DNA of 64,000 bases from a virus (IMGVR_UViG_3300031088_000793), one strand, 5' to 3'; shown: positions 37,316-46,187, counted from the first letter of the stretch. The notes: generated by a model not told the origin, from the sequence alone. Program-made: numbers and translations.

Positions 37316-37708
37316 TTAGACGGAGGATGCTGGAGTGACCCTGGAGGCCACCCGGTGGGCTCGGAAGCGGATCTTCAGGGAGCGCCAGAATTGCTTGGCT
37401 CTGGATGCAACTGCTGAGGTGAAGCGCTGGATGGGAGGAAACTCCAGGCCGAGGATCGAAAGTCCGAAGAAGACGATGAGCCATCCCGGCCCGGGGAGCG
37501 GCACGAGGATGAGTCCGACGGCGATGACCAGGACGCCAGCAACTGAGACCAGGATCTTGTTGGCAATCCGGAGTGAGGGATGCTTGGTGGCGACCCAGCT
37601 CCGGTAGCGGCTGTAGCCGGATTGGCTGGTATGGCTATGCGGCGCGATGATTCGAGAGGGACCCTTCATGGCATGGCCATATCGGGCGGGGCCACGAGCA
37701 GGGCTCAA
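37316..37708 (-). CDS. PGPGW-motif transmembrane protein
   Basis: LVPLPGPGWLIVFFGLSILGLEF is the signature of the putative transmembrane protein PGPGW family. Confidence 0.6.
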   Translation of the reverse strand: MSPARGPARYGHAMKGPSRIIAPHSHTSQSGYSRYRSWVATKHPSLRIANKILVSVAGVLVIAVGLILVPLPGPGWLIVFFGLSILGLEFPPIQRFTSAVASRAKQFWRSLKIRFRAHRVASRVTPASSV

Positions 37709-37720
37709 AGCTAGCCGCGA

Positions 37721-38365
37721 TCACTCATAGAAGTCGTCGTAGCTGTACTCGTAGCTCGTTCCCTGGCGCTCGAGTTCGAGTGCTGCTTGAGCGAAGCCTG
37801 AGAGATCGTGATCGGCACCGCTGTGGGCATCTCGGAAGATGTGGATCGGAGCCTCTCGGAGGGGATTCTCGAAGAAGTCTTCGATCTCCTCTCGGCTTTT
37901 GACGCCATAGCCGTCGAGGAACTTCCCCGGATGCTCCTTGCTCTCCACCACAGCGTGCATGATGAAGTTAGTGATCTCGCTGATGTCCTTCATCCTTCGG
38001 AGATCCTCCTCGTAGGGCCCCGAACGGCCGCCGTCGATGGCGAGGTAGACCTTTCTGCTTGGATCGAGCTCATGGATGGCGTTTGCGAGATCTGCGCAAA
38101 GTCCGTTGGCGAAATGACCTCGAACCATGGGGTTGCTCAGATCACCGTTGGCTACTGGGAATTGGCCGTAGTGGGTCTCGATGACAACCCTCTCCGGAGC
38201 CTTTCTGGAGGCGACAGGAAGCGCTCCTCCCTGGGACTCTGCGAAGGCGGATTCAGCTTGAGCGGCATCTCCATAGTGACCCGACGGCTCATAGGGGCAC
38301 TGTCCCGTAGTGACGCCGCAGGGCGCAGGGCCCTCCGGGCTGAGGTGAAACTGCCCCTTGGCCAT
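37721..38365 (-). CDS. hypothetical protein, paralog family C, single module (214 aa)
   Basis: MAKGQFHLSPEGPAPCGVTTGQCPYEP...ANGLCADLANAIH...FAQAALELERQG is the same module as in 35971..37188. Confidence 0.6.
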   Translation of the reverse strand: MAKGQFHLSPEGPAPCGVTTGQCPYEPSGHYGDAAQAESAFAESQGGALPVASRKAPERVVIETHYGQFPVANGDLSNPMVRGHFANGLCADLANAIHELDPSRKVYLAIDGGRSGPYEEDLRRMKDISEITNFIMHAVVESKEHPGKFLDGYGVKSREEIEDFFENPLREAPIHIFRDAHSGADHDLSGFAQAALELERQGTSYEYSYDDFYE

Positions 38366-38510
38366 AGTGGATCTCCCTGTCGAACGCTACTGAAGTGATT
38401 CGGTCGAAGCGCTCTCTAACGAGTCTCAGGAACAGCGAGGCAGCGGCAGGAGCATTCAGCATGGGCTCAAATGTTCACGCAGTAGAGACTGTTGAGTCCA
38501 AAAGAAGAAG

Positions 38511-38725
38511 AGGCGACCCCTGACTATGAACACCACATCCGTGTCAGGGGCCGCCTCTAGGCGGAGGGCCTCGCCTCGCTATGAACACCACATCCGTGCG
38601 AGGGACTCTTCTCCGAAGGAATAGCAGCGGACACCACATCCATTGCCGCTATTCCCGCTAGTGGGATTCCCGGGGAGCCATTTGAACACCACATCCGCCG
38701 TGCTCGACCCGGGAATCCCAGTCTG
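38511..38725. ncRNA. candidate structured RNA or DNA element made of four tandem hairpins, each displaying the conserved loop (G)AACACCACATCC
   Basis: Loop repeats at about 38526, 38581, 38629 and 38683. Stems: 15 bp with 1 mismatch (GAGGCGACCCCTGAC/GTCAGGGGCCGCCTC), ~6 bp (CCTCGC/GCGAGG), ~9 bp with a bulge (GAATAGCAGCGG/CCGCTATTC), and 12 bp (GGGATTCCCGGG/CCCGGGAATCCC). The stems differ while the loop is conserved. Confidence 0.35.
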
Positions 38726-38793
38726 TGTTGAGTTTTAGGTCCTCAGTTTCCCGAGGACCAGTCTGTGGGGCCTCCCCGGAGGGAGGGCGAGGC

Positions 38794-39936
38794 CTACTTG
38801 GAGGCCCAGCTGAGGCCGCGAGCCTTGAGCTCGACCTCGGCCTCGGCGTCCGTGAGGGGCGTCTTGCGGTAGTTGCCCCGCACATCGAAGCGCTTGAAGT
38901 CCTCATCGGACTTGGCTCGAAGATCGACCATGTACTTCTCAGCGAGGAGGTCCTCGAGGGAGTAGTAGCCGAAGGGCTGTGAGCTCCGGCCGTTGGGGAG
39001 CCTCATGCTGTAGCCGTTGAGCCAGTACTCCACCGTGCCGCCCTCGCCCGGGCTGGGGCGGCCCAGGGCGTAGTAGCCACCCATGGGCCCAGCCTTGACG
39101 GCCTCGGCGACGGGCTTCAGGAGCTCCATCTGCTCACGGTACCAGCGGTTGCGGGCAGAGATCTGATCCTTAGCCTCCTCGGTGAGGTCTCGGCCATCGA
39201 AGAGGCTGAAGCCGCTGCCGAAGGCACCGATCCCTCCGCCGCCTACGACGAGGTAGCCAGCCTTGGCGGCCTCGACGAGCTTCGAGAGCACGGCGCTGAA
39301 GAGGTTGTCGTGCTTCCTGAAGACGAGCACGGAGCCGTTGTGGAAGTAGCCGGGCTGAGAGCTGACCTCGGGCTCACTGGGGATGGAGTCACCCTGGAGC
39401 TCGGCGAGATCGAAGTCGGTGTGGAGCTTGACGAGCCCATCGCGCTTGAGCTTCGAGTAGCCCTTGATGCCTCGGCTCTTGGCGAGCTCCTTGAGCTCAG
39501 CGACGGTGCTGTTCCAGTACTTGCGCTCGAGGGCGAAGCTGCCGTCCTCGTAGCGCTCAGCGCCGTCGATGTACTTCCGGGCGGCTTCGAGCTCACGCTC
39601 AGCGTCGTAGACGAACTGCTGAGCCTGGAAGGCGATGAGCTCATCCGTCTCGAGGACGAGGTGAGCCTGGGGAAGACCCTCGATGAGTCTACCCTCGTTC
39701 AGGATGTACTCCTGAGCCAAGAAGGAGTCCGCCTGAGCGGTCTGGGAGAAGAGCGTGGCCATCTGACCGGCACCGGCCTCTTCCTCGTAGCGGAAGTCGC
39801 AGCTGTACTGGACGCCGAGGATCGGGTCGCCACCGGGGTTCTCCGCGAGAGCGAGCTCAGCGGTCCGGCTGCGAGCGCGGCCCCTGCTGATCGCTTCGAG
39901 ATCGAGGCGGGCCTCGAAGTCTTTGTAGATCGACAT
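38794..39936 (-). CDS. hypothetical protein with a Rho_N/SAP-like motif and a glycine-rich loop (~380 aa; start MSIYKDF)
   Basis: TVAELKELAKSRGIKGYSKLKRDGLV resembles the Rho termination factor N-terminal/SAP motif. LVVGGGGIGAFGSGF resembles a Rossmann-like (SLOG/LOG-type) nucleotide-binding loop. Confidence 0.5.
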   Translation of the reverse strand: MSIYKDFEARLDLEAISRGRARSRTAELALAENPGGDPILGVQYSCDFRYEEEAGAGQMATLFSQTAQADSFLAQEYILNEGRLIEGLPQAHLVLETDELIAFQAQQFVYDAERELEAARKYIDGAERYEDGSFALERKYWNSTVAELKELAKSRGIKGYSKLKRDGLVKLHTDFDLAELQGDSIPSEPEVSSQPGYFHNGSVLVFRKHDNLFSAVLSKLVEAAKAGYLVVGGGGIGAFGSGFSLFDGRDLTEEAKDQISARNRWYREQMELLKPVAEAVKAGPMGGYYALGRPSPGEGGTVEYWLNGYSMRLPNGRSSQPFGYYSLEDLLAEKYMVDLRAKSDEDFKRFDVRGNYRKTPLTDAEAEVELKARGLSWASK

Positions 39937-40041
39937 GCTCTGTGATCCTTCGGTCGTGGTGTGTTTCGGCGTGGTAGGTCCATCATACGCACAGGCGCTG
40001 ATGGCTGTCAACTCCAGGAGCAAAACTCCCGGAAGCTGCTC

Positions 40042-40302
40042 TCAGCTGCGGCGATTCCGGGCGCTAGCGTAGAGCGACCAGTTGGAGGACTCGTTGGAGA
40101 GAGTGCCCTGAACCAGGGTGAGGGCACCGCTGGCGGCCTTGATCCCCGGGGTCTTCATCTCGACATCTTTCTCGCCGGCCTCGATGAGCTTGACGGCTTC
40201 CTTCAGGGCCTGATTGGCCTTGGAGGCCAGGTTCCGTGCAGCTTCGAGCTTCTCAGCGATCTCGGCCGCGTTGGCGGCGGTGCCGGTGGTTGACTTAGCC
40301 AT
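40042..40302 (-). CDS. small Ala-rich helical protein (86 aa)
   Basis: Minus-strand ORF. Confidence 0.45.
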   Translation of the reverse strand: MAKSTTGTAANAAEIAEKLEAARNLASKANQALKEAVKLIEAGEKDVEMKTPGIKAASGALTLVQGTLSNESSNWSLYASARNRRS

Positions 40303-40373
40303 GGGAGGCCTTTCTCAGTGGGGTGAAGTGGGGAAGGCGAGCAGCGAATGAGCGCCGCCCGCCGGGGAGTGAA

Positions 40374-40709
40374 TTAGGCCAGGTCGTAGTAGGTCACGGT
40401 CTTGGTCTTCTCTACGACCTCGTGGAGAGTGATCTTGGTGCCGATGAGGCTCTCTCGGAAGGGGTTCTGCGAGGACCAGGACTCCGACCACTCGACGATC
40501 TTGACTCCGTAGAGCTTTCCGTCCCGGACCCGGGTTGCGAGGTAGAAGACATTGGTGTACTCGCTGGGGAGGTTGGAGAACTCGGTGATGACCTTGAGGT
40601 CGGTGAAGCCGGGGAGGTAGCGGCTGAGCTCACCGGAGGCCAGCTTGCCAGCCTCTTTCTCGAAGGCCCGGCGTGCGTTGGTCCGGTCGACCTTGATGGT
40701 GGATCCCAT
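40374..40709 (-). CDS. hypothetical protein (~111 aa; start MGSTIKV)
   Basis: Internal ATG of the track ORF. Confidence 0.45.
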   Translation of the reverse strand: MGSTIKVDRTNARRAFEKEAGKLASGELSRYLPGFTDLKVITEFSNLPSEYTNVFYLATRVRDGKLYGVKIVEWSESWSSQNPFRESLIGTKITLHEVVEKTKTVTYYDLA

Positions 40710-40857
40710 GGTGTGCCTCCTCGGCATAGTCTGTGGGTAGTCGGGAAATACCCTGCTTCCCGGCTAGCACAAGTCTAACACCTTCGCTGGAGCTTCGCAA
40801 CTGCCCAACGGAGAGAGCCCCCGACCCGAAGGCCGAGGGCTCGATCCTAGAACTGGC

Positions 40858-41973
40858 TCACATGTCCTGGGGAACGGGGTTGGTGGGTCTGAAGGGCACG
40901 GTGAGATCGAAGTCGCTCGACTTCGGCACGGCGCCGTCCCAGTTCTTGCCGGTCTTGGCATTGTAGTCAGCTGCCGTGAAGGGACCGACCTCGTCGCCCA
41001 TCACTGAGACCTGATTGCTGTCCTGGAACTCAGTGAAGCGACCCTCTGAATCCCAGGCAATGTAGCTAGGGCCCTGAGCTCTCTCGGCGAAGACATTGCT
41101 GTCCGTCCTGTAGGTCACTGAGCCCGATCCGTCTGCGTTCTCCGCGATGATGATTCGAGCGTAGCCATCCCGAGTGCCAGTGAGATACATCTTGAGATAG
41201 GTAGAGCCATCCTGACTCAGGACGAGGTTCTGCGGTCGAGAGTCACTCCTGTAGGGGGTGCCACCCTTGGGTGAGGTCATCCTGTCGATGGCCAGAGCAC
41301 CGTCACTTCTGATCTGCGAGTTTACAGCGGAGAGCTGACCATCCTCATCGATGTAGCGGGACTCAGAGTATCCGCTGGGACCGTCATTGCTGTACTTGTA
41401 GACGCCCCAGTGGGCTGCAGGCTCTCTGAAGTCAGTGAGTGTGCACTGACCGTTGAGGTTGGTTCCGTAGGTCAAAGTGGTTGGGCTGTTCGGATCGAAG
41501 CTATCAACCATCTGGCTAGAGAGGATCACCGCGTAGGGCATGGATCCATCTGCGGGGAGTCCTGCGATGCTCTCGCCGTCAGTGTTAGAGGAGCGAATCG
41601 ACTGCCAGCCCTCGGCGTGGGTCAGCGCCTGCTCACCGGCAGCTACACGCTCCTCATTGGCCTTGGAGAAGTCAACCATGTCCTGGGTGATCCTGAGGCT
41701 CAGCGAGACACAGTCAAAGTTAGCAACCACTGCGAGGCCGGGGAACTCATCGCCTCCACCGGGATTCTCCTCTCCAGGAGCTTCACCTTCCTGAGCGGTA
41801 CCTCCGATTCCGGCCGTAGCCTTGAACTCGGGGCTCTCCACATTCTCAGCGTGGACGAAGAAAGATCCACCGTCGAGCGCTGCGGAAGCGGGTACTGCGA
41901 CGAGTGGAATAGCGATGGCCATTCCGAGTACTGAGAAGATAAGCCGATGGCGCTTGCCGAATGCTGTGCTCAA
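40858..41973 (-). CDS. secreted protein, paralog family D, member 1 (371 aa)
   Basis: Sec signal peptide (AVPASA/ALDGGSFFVHAENVE). Shares with the other members the N-terminal FFVHAQNIE..FKATAG module, the MVDFSKANE core and the C-terminal NWDG...SDFDLT.PF block. Confidence 0.65.
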   Translation of the reverse strand: MSTAFGKRHRLIFSVLGMAIAIPLVAVPASAALDGGSFFVHAENVESPEFKATAGIGGTAQEGEAPGEENPGGGDEFPGLAVVANFDCVSLSLRITQDMVDFSKANEERVAAGEQALTHAEGWQSIRSSNTDGESIAGLPADGSMPYAVILSSQMVDSFDPNSPTTLTYGTNLNGQCTLTDFREPAAHWGVYKYSNDGPSGYSESRYIDEDGQLSAVNSQIRSDGALAIDRMTSPKGGTPYRSDSRPQNLVLSQDGSTYLKMYLTGTRDGYARIIIAENADGSGSVTYRTDSNVFAERAQGPSYIAWDSEGRFTEFQDSNQVSVMGDEVGPFTAADYNAKTGKNWDGAVPKSSDFDLTVPFRPTNPVPQDM

Positions 41974-42119
41974 GTTGTCTCCCTCCTAGGGTCGGTGGAG
42001 CATATCGAAGGCCCGATGCGCTAAAATCTCAAATCTTAGCAAGCCCCAGCAACGAGGAACCGCCCGGCTGCTCCGATCCGAAGAGCGAAGCAGCCGGGCG
42101 GCTATGGGGAAGGAGGTGC

Positions 42120-42617
42120 TCAGAGGTAGCGCTTCTCGATCTTGGCGATAGCCTCGAGGAGGACGGCGATCTCGGGGAGCCCACCGGGAGGAGCGTGGAG
42201 CACGGCGACTCCATTCTCCTCGGCGGTTGCGAGCTCCATGTCGGTACCCACGGCCTCGACGCCAGCGGGAGTGACCGCCACGACGAGATCCGACTCGATG
42301 ATGGCCATGTCGTTGACTCGCTGAGCCGACTCATGCCAGCCGCCCGACCAGGCCCGGTGAGGGGAGTAGACGAGGCAGCCGTTGTGGATCAGCTCGGCAC
42401 GGACGAGATCCCGCCAGGCAGCGTAGATCTTGTACTCCTCGGAGTCGATGCGGCCCCACCAGGTCTTGATGGGGCCGATGACCACCACTCGGAGGGGAAC
42501 GCCGTCGGGGAGATCGGTCTCCACGGCGCCGTTGCCACCGACGGCGAGGAGAGCCTTGAAGCGATCGACCATCTCCTCAGTGGTGGGAGGGAAGTCAGCA
42601 GGGTTGAGTTCTGTCAT
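42120..42617 (-). CDS. nucleoside 2-deoxyribosyltransferase-like (Rossmann/SLOG-type) protein
   Basis: VYSP...ESAQRVNDMAIIESDLVVAV...GTDMELATAEENGVAV resembles the nucleoside deoxyribosyltransferase-like fold motifs. Confidence 0.45.
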   Translation of the reverse strand: MTELNPADFPPTTEEMVDRFKALLAVGGNGAVETDLPDGVPLRVVVIGPIKTWWGRIDSEEYKIYAAWRDLVRAELIHNGCLVYSPHRAWSGGWHESAQRVNDMAIIESDLVVAVTPAGVEAVGTDMELATAEENGVAVLHAPPGGLPEIAVLLEAIAKIEKRYL

Positions 42618-42659
42618 AGTCGGATCCTATCGCAGCTTCCGCCAGCTGTCAAAAGCTGA

Positions 42660-43382
42660 CTAGAGCCGCTCTCCCAGGATCACAGACCAGTTGAGCTCTG
42701 AGCGCTCGAAGGGGAGCTGAAGCTCCCGGTTCGAGCTTCCGATGGAGCTCACGCCCTGCTCCCAGCTGATCTTCCTTCGCTTCAGGCTGCTGGCCATGGC
42801 TGAGATGAACTCGCCCCGAGACTCAGCGTCCATGACGAGCTCCACGCTCCAGTAGCGCACGGGCATGGAGCCGAAGTGGTTCTGACCGAAGCCGTCGGGA
42901 TTGGGAAGGAGCTTCCCCATGATGCTCTCAGTCCAGAAGCGATCCTCGAGATCCTTCGCAGAGAGGAAGCCAGCCCTGTTGGCGTCCTGCTTCGAATCGA
43001 ACCACTTCCCATCGAGCTGAGCCTGAACTGCCTGAGCGTTCCGAACTGCCTGATTCGAGGGTGGTTGCCGGGTCCTCTTCTGCCTCGCTGGCTTGCCGTT
43101 GAGCTTGCTCTTGGGGTGGGTCCCTCGCTCTCGCCTCCGGACGCTCTCTGAGCTAGAGCGCACCTTGGAGCCACCCAGGGCCTTGGCTGAGATCTCAGGC
43201 TCGCCGTTGTCTCGAGCCCAGCCATTGACCTCGCTGAGGTCCCGGGCTCTTCCGAGCTCAGAGATTCCACTGTCCACTTCGGGAACAGCCTTCTTCAGCT
43301 TGCTGATCGAGCGAGAGCTCCAGCCGAGGTGAGCGAGGTCTCGCACTGAGACCCAGCCCTGATCTACCCACTTAGCAGCCAT
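42660..43382 (-). CDS. protein with an N-terminal Lsr2-like DNA-binding motif (240 aa)
   Basis: LSEVNGWARDNGEPEISAKA resembles the Lsr2 C-terminal DNA-binding helix (AIREWAR.NGH.VS.RGRIPA), followed by a basic linker. Confidence 0.45.
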   Translation of the reverse strand: MAAKWVDQGWVSVRDLAHLGWSSRSISKLKKAVPEVDSGISELGRARDLSEVNGWARDNGEPEISAKALGGSKVRSSSESVRRRERGTHPKSKLNGKPARQKRTRQPPSNQAVRNAQAVQAQLDGKWFDSKQDANRAGFLSAKDLEDRFWTESIMGKLLPNPDGFGQNHFGSMPVRYWSVELVMDAESRGEFISAMASSLKRRKISWEQGVSSIGSSNRELQLPFERSELNWSVILGERL

Positions 43383-43387
43383 GGGCT

Positions 43388-43621
43388 TTAGCGGCCTGTG
43401 GCTTCAGCATCGGGCTTTGCCCGGGCCCTCCAGAGGGTGAGGGCAGCGGAGCCGACGAAGAAGAGCGCTCCTAGGATACCCACGGAGAACACGGCCCAGA
43501 ACTTGCCGCCATCGAGCCCTGAGGCCACGAGGAGGCTGATTCCGAGGAGGCCGAGGGCAACGATCAGATCTGAGAGCAGGCTGCTGCCGATGGACTTCTT
43601 TGCTTCGCTGCTGTTTGTCAT
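43388..43621 (-). CDS. small membrane protein (77 aa)
   Basis: Two TM helices. Confidence 0.45.
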   Translation of the reverse strand: MTNSSEAKKSIGSSLLSDLIVALGLLGISLLVASGLDGGKFWAVFSVGILGALFFVGSAALTLWRARAKPDAEATGR

Positions 43622-43676
43622 GGAACTACGCTACCGAAGCGAGGCCGGAATCGCTACCGGCCCCGCAGGTCCCCCA

Positions 43677-44765
43677 TCAGTTGCTCGGAGCGAAGGGGAT
43701 CGTCTGGTGGAAGTCGCTGGGCTTGGAGTAGAGACCGTTCCAGTTCTGGCCTGTTCCGGCGTTGTAGCTCTCCTTGGTAGCGCCCTGGAGCTTACCGTTG
43801 GCGTCGTAGAGCCCGGTCACCTTTCCAGCACTGTCGAAGGTGATTCCCACGGGCCCCTGAGCCCTCTTGGCATTGGTGGGCACCAGGGTCTCGAAGTTGT
43901 TCAGGAGCTGGTAGATCAGGGTGCTTGAGCCATCTGGATAGATCTCAAGCTTGACCATGTTGTAGCCATCGACGGTTGTGGGGAAGAGCACATTGAGGAG
44001 CTTGCCGTCTGAGTAGACTCCGAGGAAGTAGGGCTTGACTAGGCTAGCTGCGGGGTTGGAGGATGAGGGGGAAGACTTCCTGTAGACTTCCTTGCCTCCA
44101 TCGCTGAAGACCTTCGAGGAGATAGCCCTGAGGTCACCCTCCTCCTCGATGTAGCGCACCTCTTCCTTGGCTGTCTTGTCCTGGATCGTGTAGAAGATGG
44201 CGTTGGCCTTGGGGATCTCCCGCAGATCCAGAGCCGAGCAGTACTCAGGGTCATCGATGAACATGAGCTTAGTGTTGCGGGTGTCATCGGGGTTGTCGAC
44301 CACATTGGGAATGTCCGCGGTCGTGCTGAGGTGGACGATTCGAGGCTTAGAGCCATCGGCTGGGAAGCCAAGTCTCATCCTGCCAGCAGATGCATCGTAG
44401 TGAGAGATCACGGCCCATCCACCGGAGTGGTACTTGATCTGATCCCACTTGCCCTGAGCTACTAGGAGCTCGTTGGCCTTGGAGAAGTCAACCATTTCCT
44501 TGGTGACCTCGAAGTTCAGCGCACCACAGCGGTAGCTAGCGAAGACTCGGGAGTCGCCCGTGTTGCCTCCACTGGGATCCGAGACGATCTTGGTCCCCAT
44601 GCCCGCGATGGCCTGCACACCGGCTGTGCTCTTGTTCTGAGCCTTGACGAAGAACCCTCCACCCGGAAGGCTAGCAGATGCTGGAAGTGCTGCGAGGGGT
44701 ACTGCGAGGATGAGGCCCAGGGCTGATACCATCAGCAGCTGCCTTCGGGATGCGGGTCTCTTCAC
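43677..44765 (-). CDS. secreted protein, paralog family D, member 2 (362 aa)
   Basis: Signal peptide ...ALPASA/SLPGGGFFVKAQNKS, the MVDFSKANE core, and the C-terminal NWNGLYSKPSDFHQTIPF block. Confidence 0.65.
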   Translation of the reverse strand: MKRPASRRQLLMVSALGLILAVPLAALPASASLPGGGFFVKAQNKSTAGVQAIAGMGTKIVSDPSGGNTGDSRVFASYRCGALNFEVTKEMVDFSKANELLVAQGKWDQIKYHSGGWAVISHYDASAGRMRLGFPADGSKPRIVHLSTTADIPNVVDNPDDTRNTKLMFIDDPEYCSALDLREIPKANAIFYTIQDKTAKEEVRYIEEEGDLRAISSKVFSDGGKEVYRKSSPSSSNPAASLVKPYFLGVYSDGKLLNVLFPTTVDGYNMVKLEIYPDGSSTLIYQLLNNFETLVPTNAKRAQGPVGITFDSAGKVTGLYDANGKLQGATKESYNAGTGQNWNGLYSKPSDFHQTIPFAPSN

Positions 44766-44930
44766 TGCTCATCTTCCTAGCTCTTAGGGTGCATTTTTCG
44801 CAGGATCGGGTGGGTCCTGTTCTACCCTGAGGCCTGTGTCAGTGTGGTGCTCAGATCCGAAGTGCCTGGGGCAAGGCGGATGGCCTGAGAGTCGGGTAGC
44901 CCTACTATCGCATAGCCCATACCCCTCGGC

Positions 44931-44974
44931 ATCGAGTGGAGCCCCGGGAATTCCGAACCGGAGCTCGATGTTCC
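44931..44974 (-). terminator. hairpin downstream of 45054..46187
   Basis: 12-bp inverted repeat GAGCCCCGGGAA/TTCCCGGGGCTC with a ~20-nt loop. Confidence 0.4.
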
Positions 44975-45053
44975 CGGGGCTCAGCGATCAGCCCAGTAGC
45001 CCTACTGAGGAGGCTTAGCCGTGAAGGATATCCGGGGGCTCTCGCCGCGCTGC

Positions 45054-46187
45054 TTAGAGGCTGGGAGGCGTCGGCACGAAGGGGAAGCTCAGGTCGAAGT
45101 CCGAAGGCTTCTGGTAGGAGCCGTCCCAGTTCATTCCGGTAGCCTCGTTGTACTCCTCGACGGTGAATGGTCCACCGCGCCAGAATACGGTGGAGCCGGG
45201 CTTGCCACCCTCGAGCCCTGTGATCTCACCCTCAGCGTTCCAGATGATGCCGGTGGGACCCTGCGTTCTGTTGGGAGCACCGATCTTCAGGGATGTGGCT
45301 GAGTTTGCCCCCAGGTAGTTGCTGTAGGAGATCGATCCCGAGCCATCGGGATTGGCTGTGACAGTGATCCTGTTGTAGCCGTCGATGGTCTCCTTGAGGA
45401 TGAGCTCTGCTCTTACCACACCGGCCTGGCTCTTTGAGAGCGAGTAGGGCTTGCTGTTGCTCTTTGCAGGGTTGTAGGAAACCGCCGATTCCTTTCGACT
45501 GATGGTGTTAGCGCCGTCTGCCTGCCGTGCTGAGCTCACGGCCACAAGTGCGCCGTCTTCCCGGAGGTAGCGACTCTCGGAGAATGCACCGTTGGAGAGC
45601 ATCCAGTAGCCGAAGCCCTTGCCCTCGGCAGCTCCGGAGCGAGCATCGAGGTAGCTGCAGTTGGCACTGTTGTCAAGCCTGAGCACAACGCCGTTGGTGG
45701 GACCGGGCTGGTCGCTAGTTGCGGGAAGTGCCATGTCTGACTTCAGGTAGACCAGCGGAGGAACTGATCCGTCCTCGGGATAGCCGGCGATCATCTTCCT
45801 CTCAGTTGCTGAGAAGTAGGCCATCGACTGCCAGCCCTCTGCGTTGGTCTGAGGCGCCTTGCCCTCGGCTGCAAGAGCCTGGTTCGCCTTGGAGAAGTCC
45901 ACCATGGCCTGAGTCACTGCGAAGCCCAGCGGGCCGCAGCTGTAGCTCGCGAGGGTAGCTGAGCTCTCGTCCCCGCCGGGATCGACCTCTCCGCCGCCCG
46001 GGGCTGAGCCGTCTGACTTCAGGCCTGCATAGGCTTCGTACTCGGGCTCTTCGATGTTCTGAGCGTGGACGAGGAAGCGGCCGTCGTCGAGGCTTGCCGA
46101 TGCGGGCAGAGCTACGAGGGGGACGAGGATGGCGGCGCCGATGGCTGAGACGATGATGCCCTGGCGCCTACGAGTTGCTCGATTCAA
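45054..46187 (-). CDS. secreted protein, paralog family D, member 3 (377 aa)
   Basis: Signal peptide, LDDGRFLVHAQNIEEPEYEAYAG, MVDFSKANQ, and the C-terminal NWDGSYQKPSDFDLSFPF block. Confidence 0.65.
   Translation of the reverse strand: MNRATRRRQGIIVSAIGAAILVPLVALPASASLDDGRFLVHAQNIEEPEYEAYAGLKSDGSAPGGGEVDPGGDESSATLASYSCGPLGFAVTQAMVDFSKANQALAAEGKAPQTNAEGWQSMAYFSATERKMIAGYPEDGSVPPLVYLKSDMALPATSDQPGPTNGVVLRLDNSANCSYLDARSGAAEGKGFGYWMLSNGAFSESRYLREDGALVAVSSARQADGANTISRKESAVSYNPAKSNSKPYSLSKSQAGVVRAELILKETIDGYNRITVTANPDGSGSISYSNYLGANSATSLKIGAPNRTQGPTGIIWNAEGEITGLEGGKPGSTVFWRGGPFTVEEYNEATGMNWDGSYQKPSDFDLSFPFVPTPPSL

Noticed and set aside
38520-38700. Possible CRISPR array (four direct repeats with ~50-55 bp periodicity)
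   Set aside because: The repeat core is only ~14-18 nt with variable flanks, the spacing is irregular, and each repeat sits in the loop of a hairpin with a unique stem. No cas genes are present. It is better explained as a structured RNA or iteron-like element.
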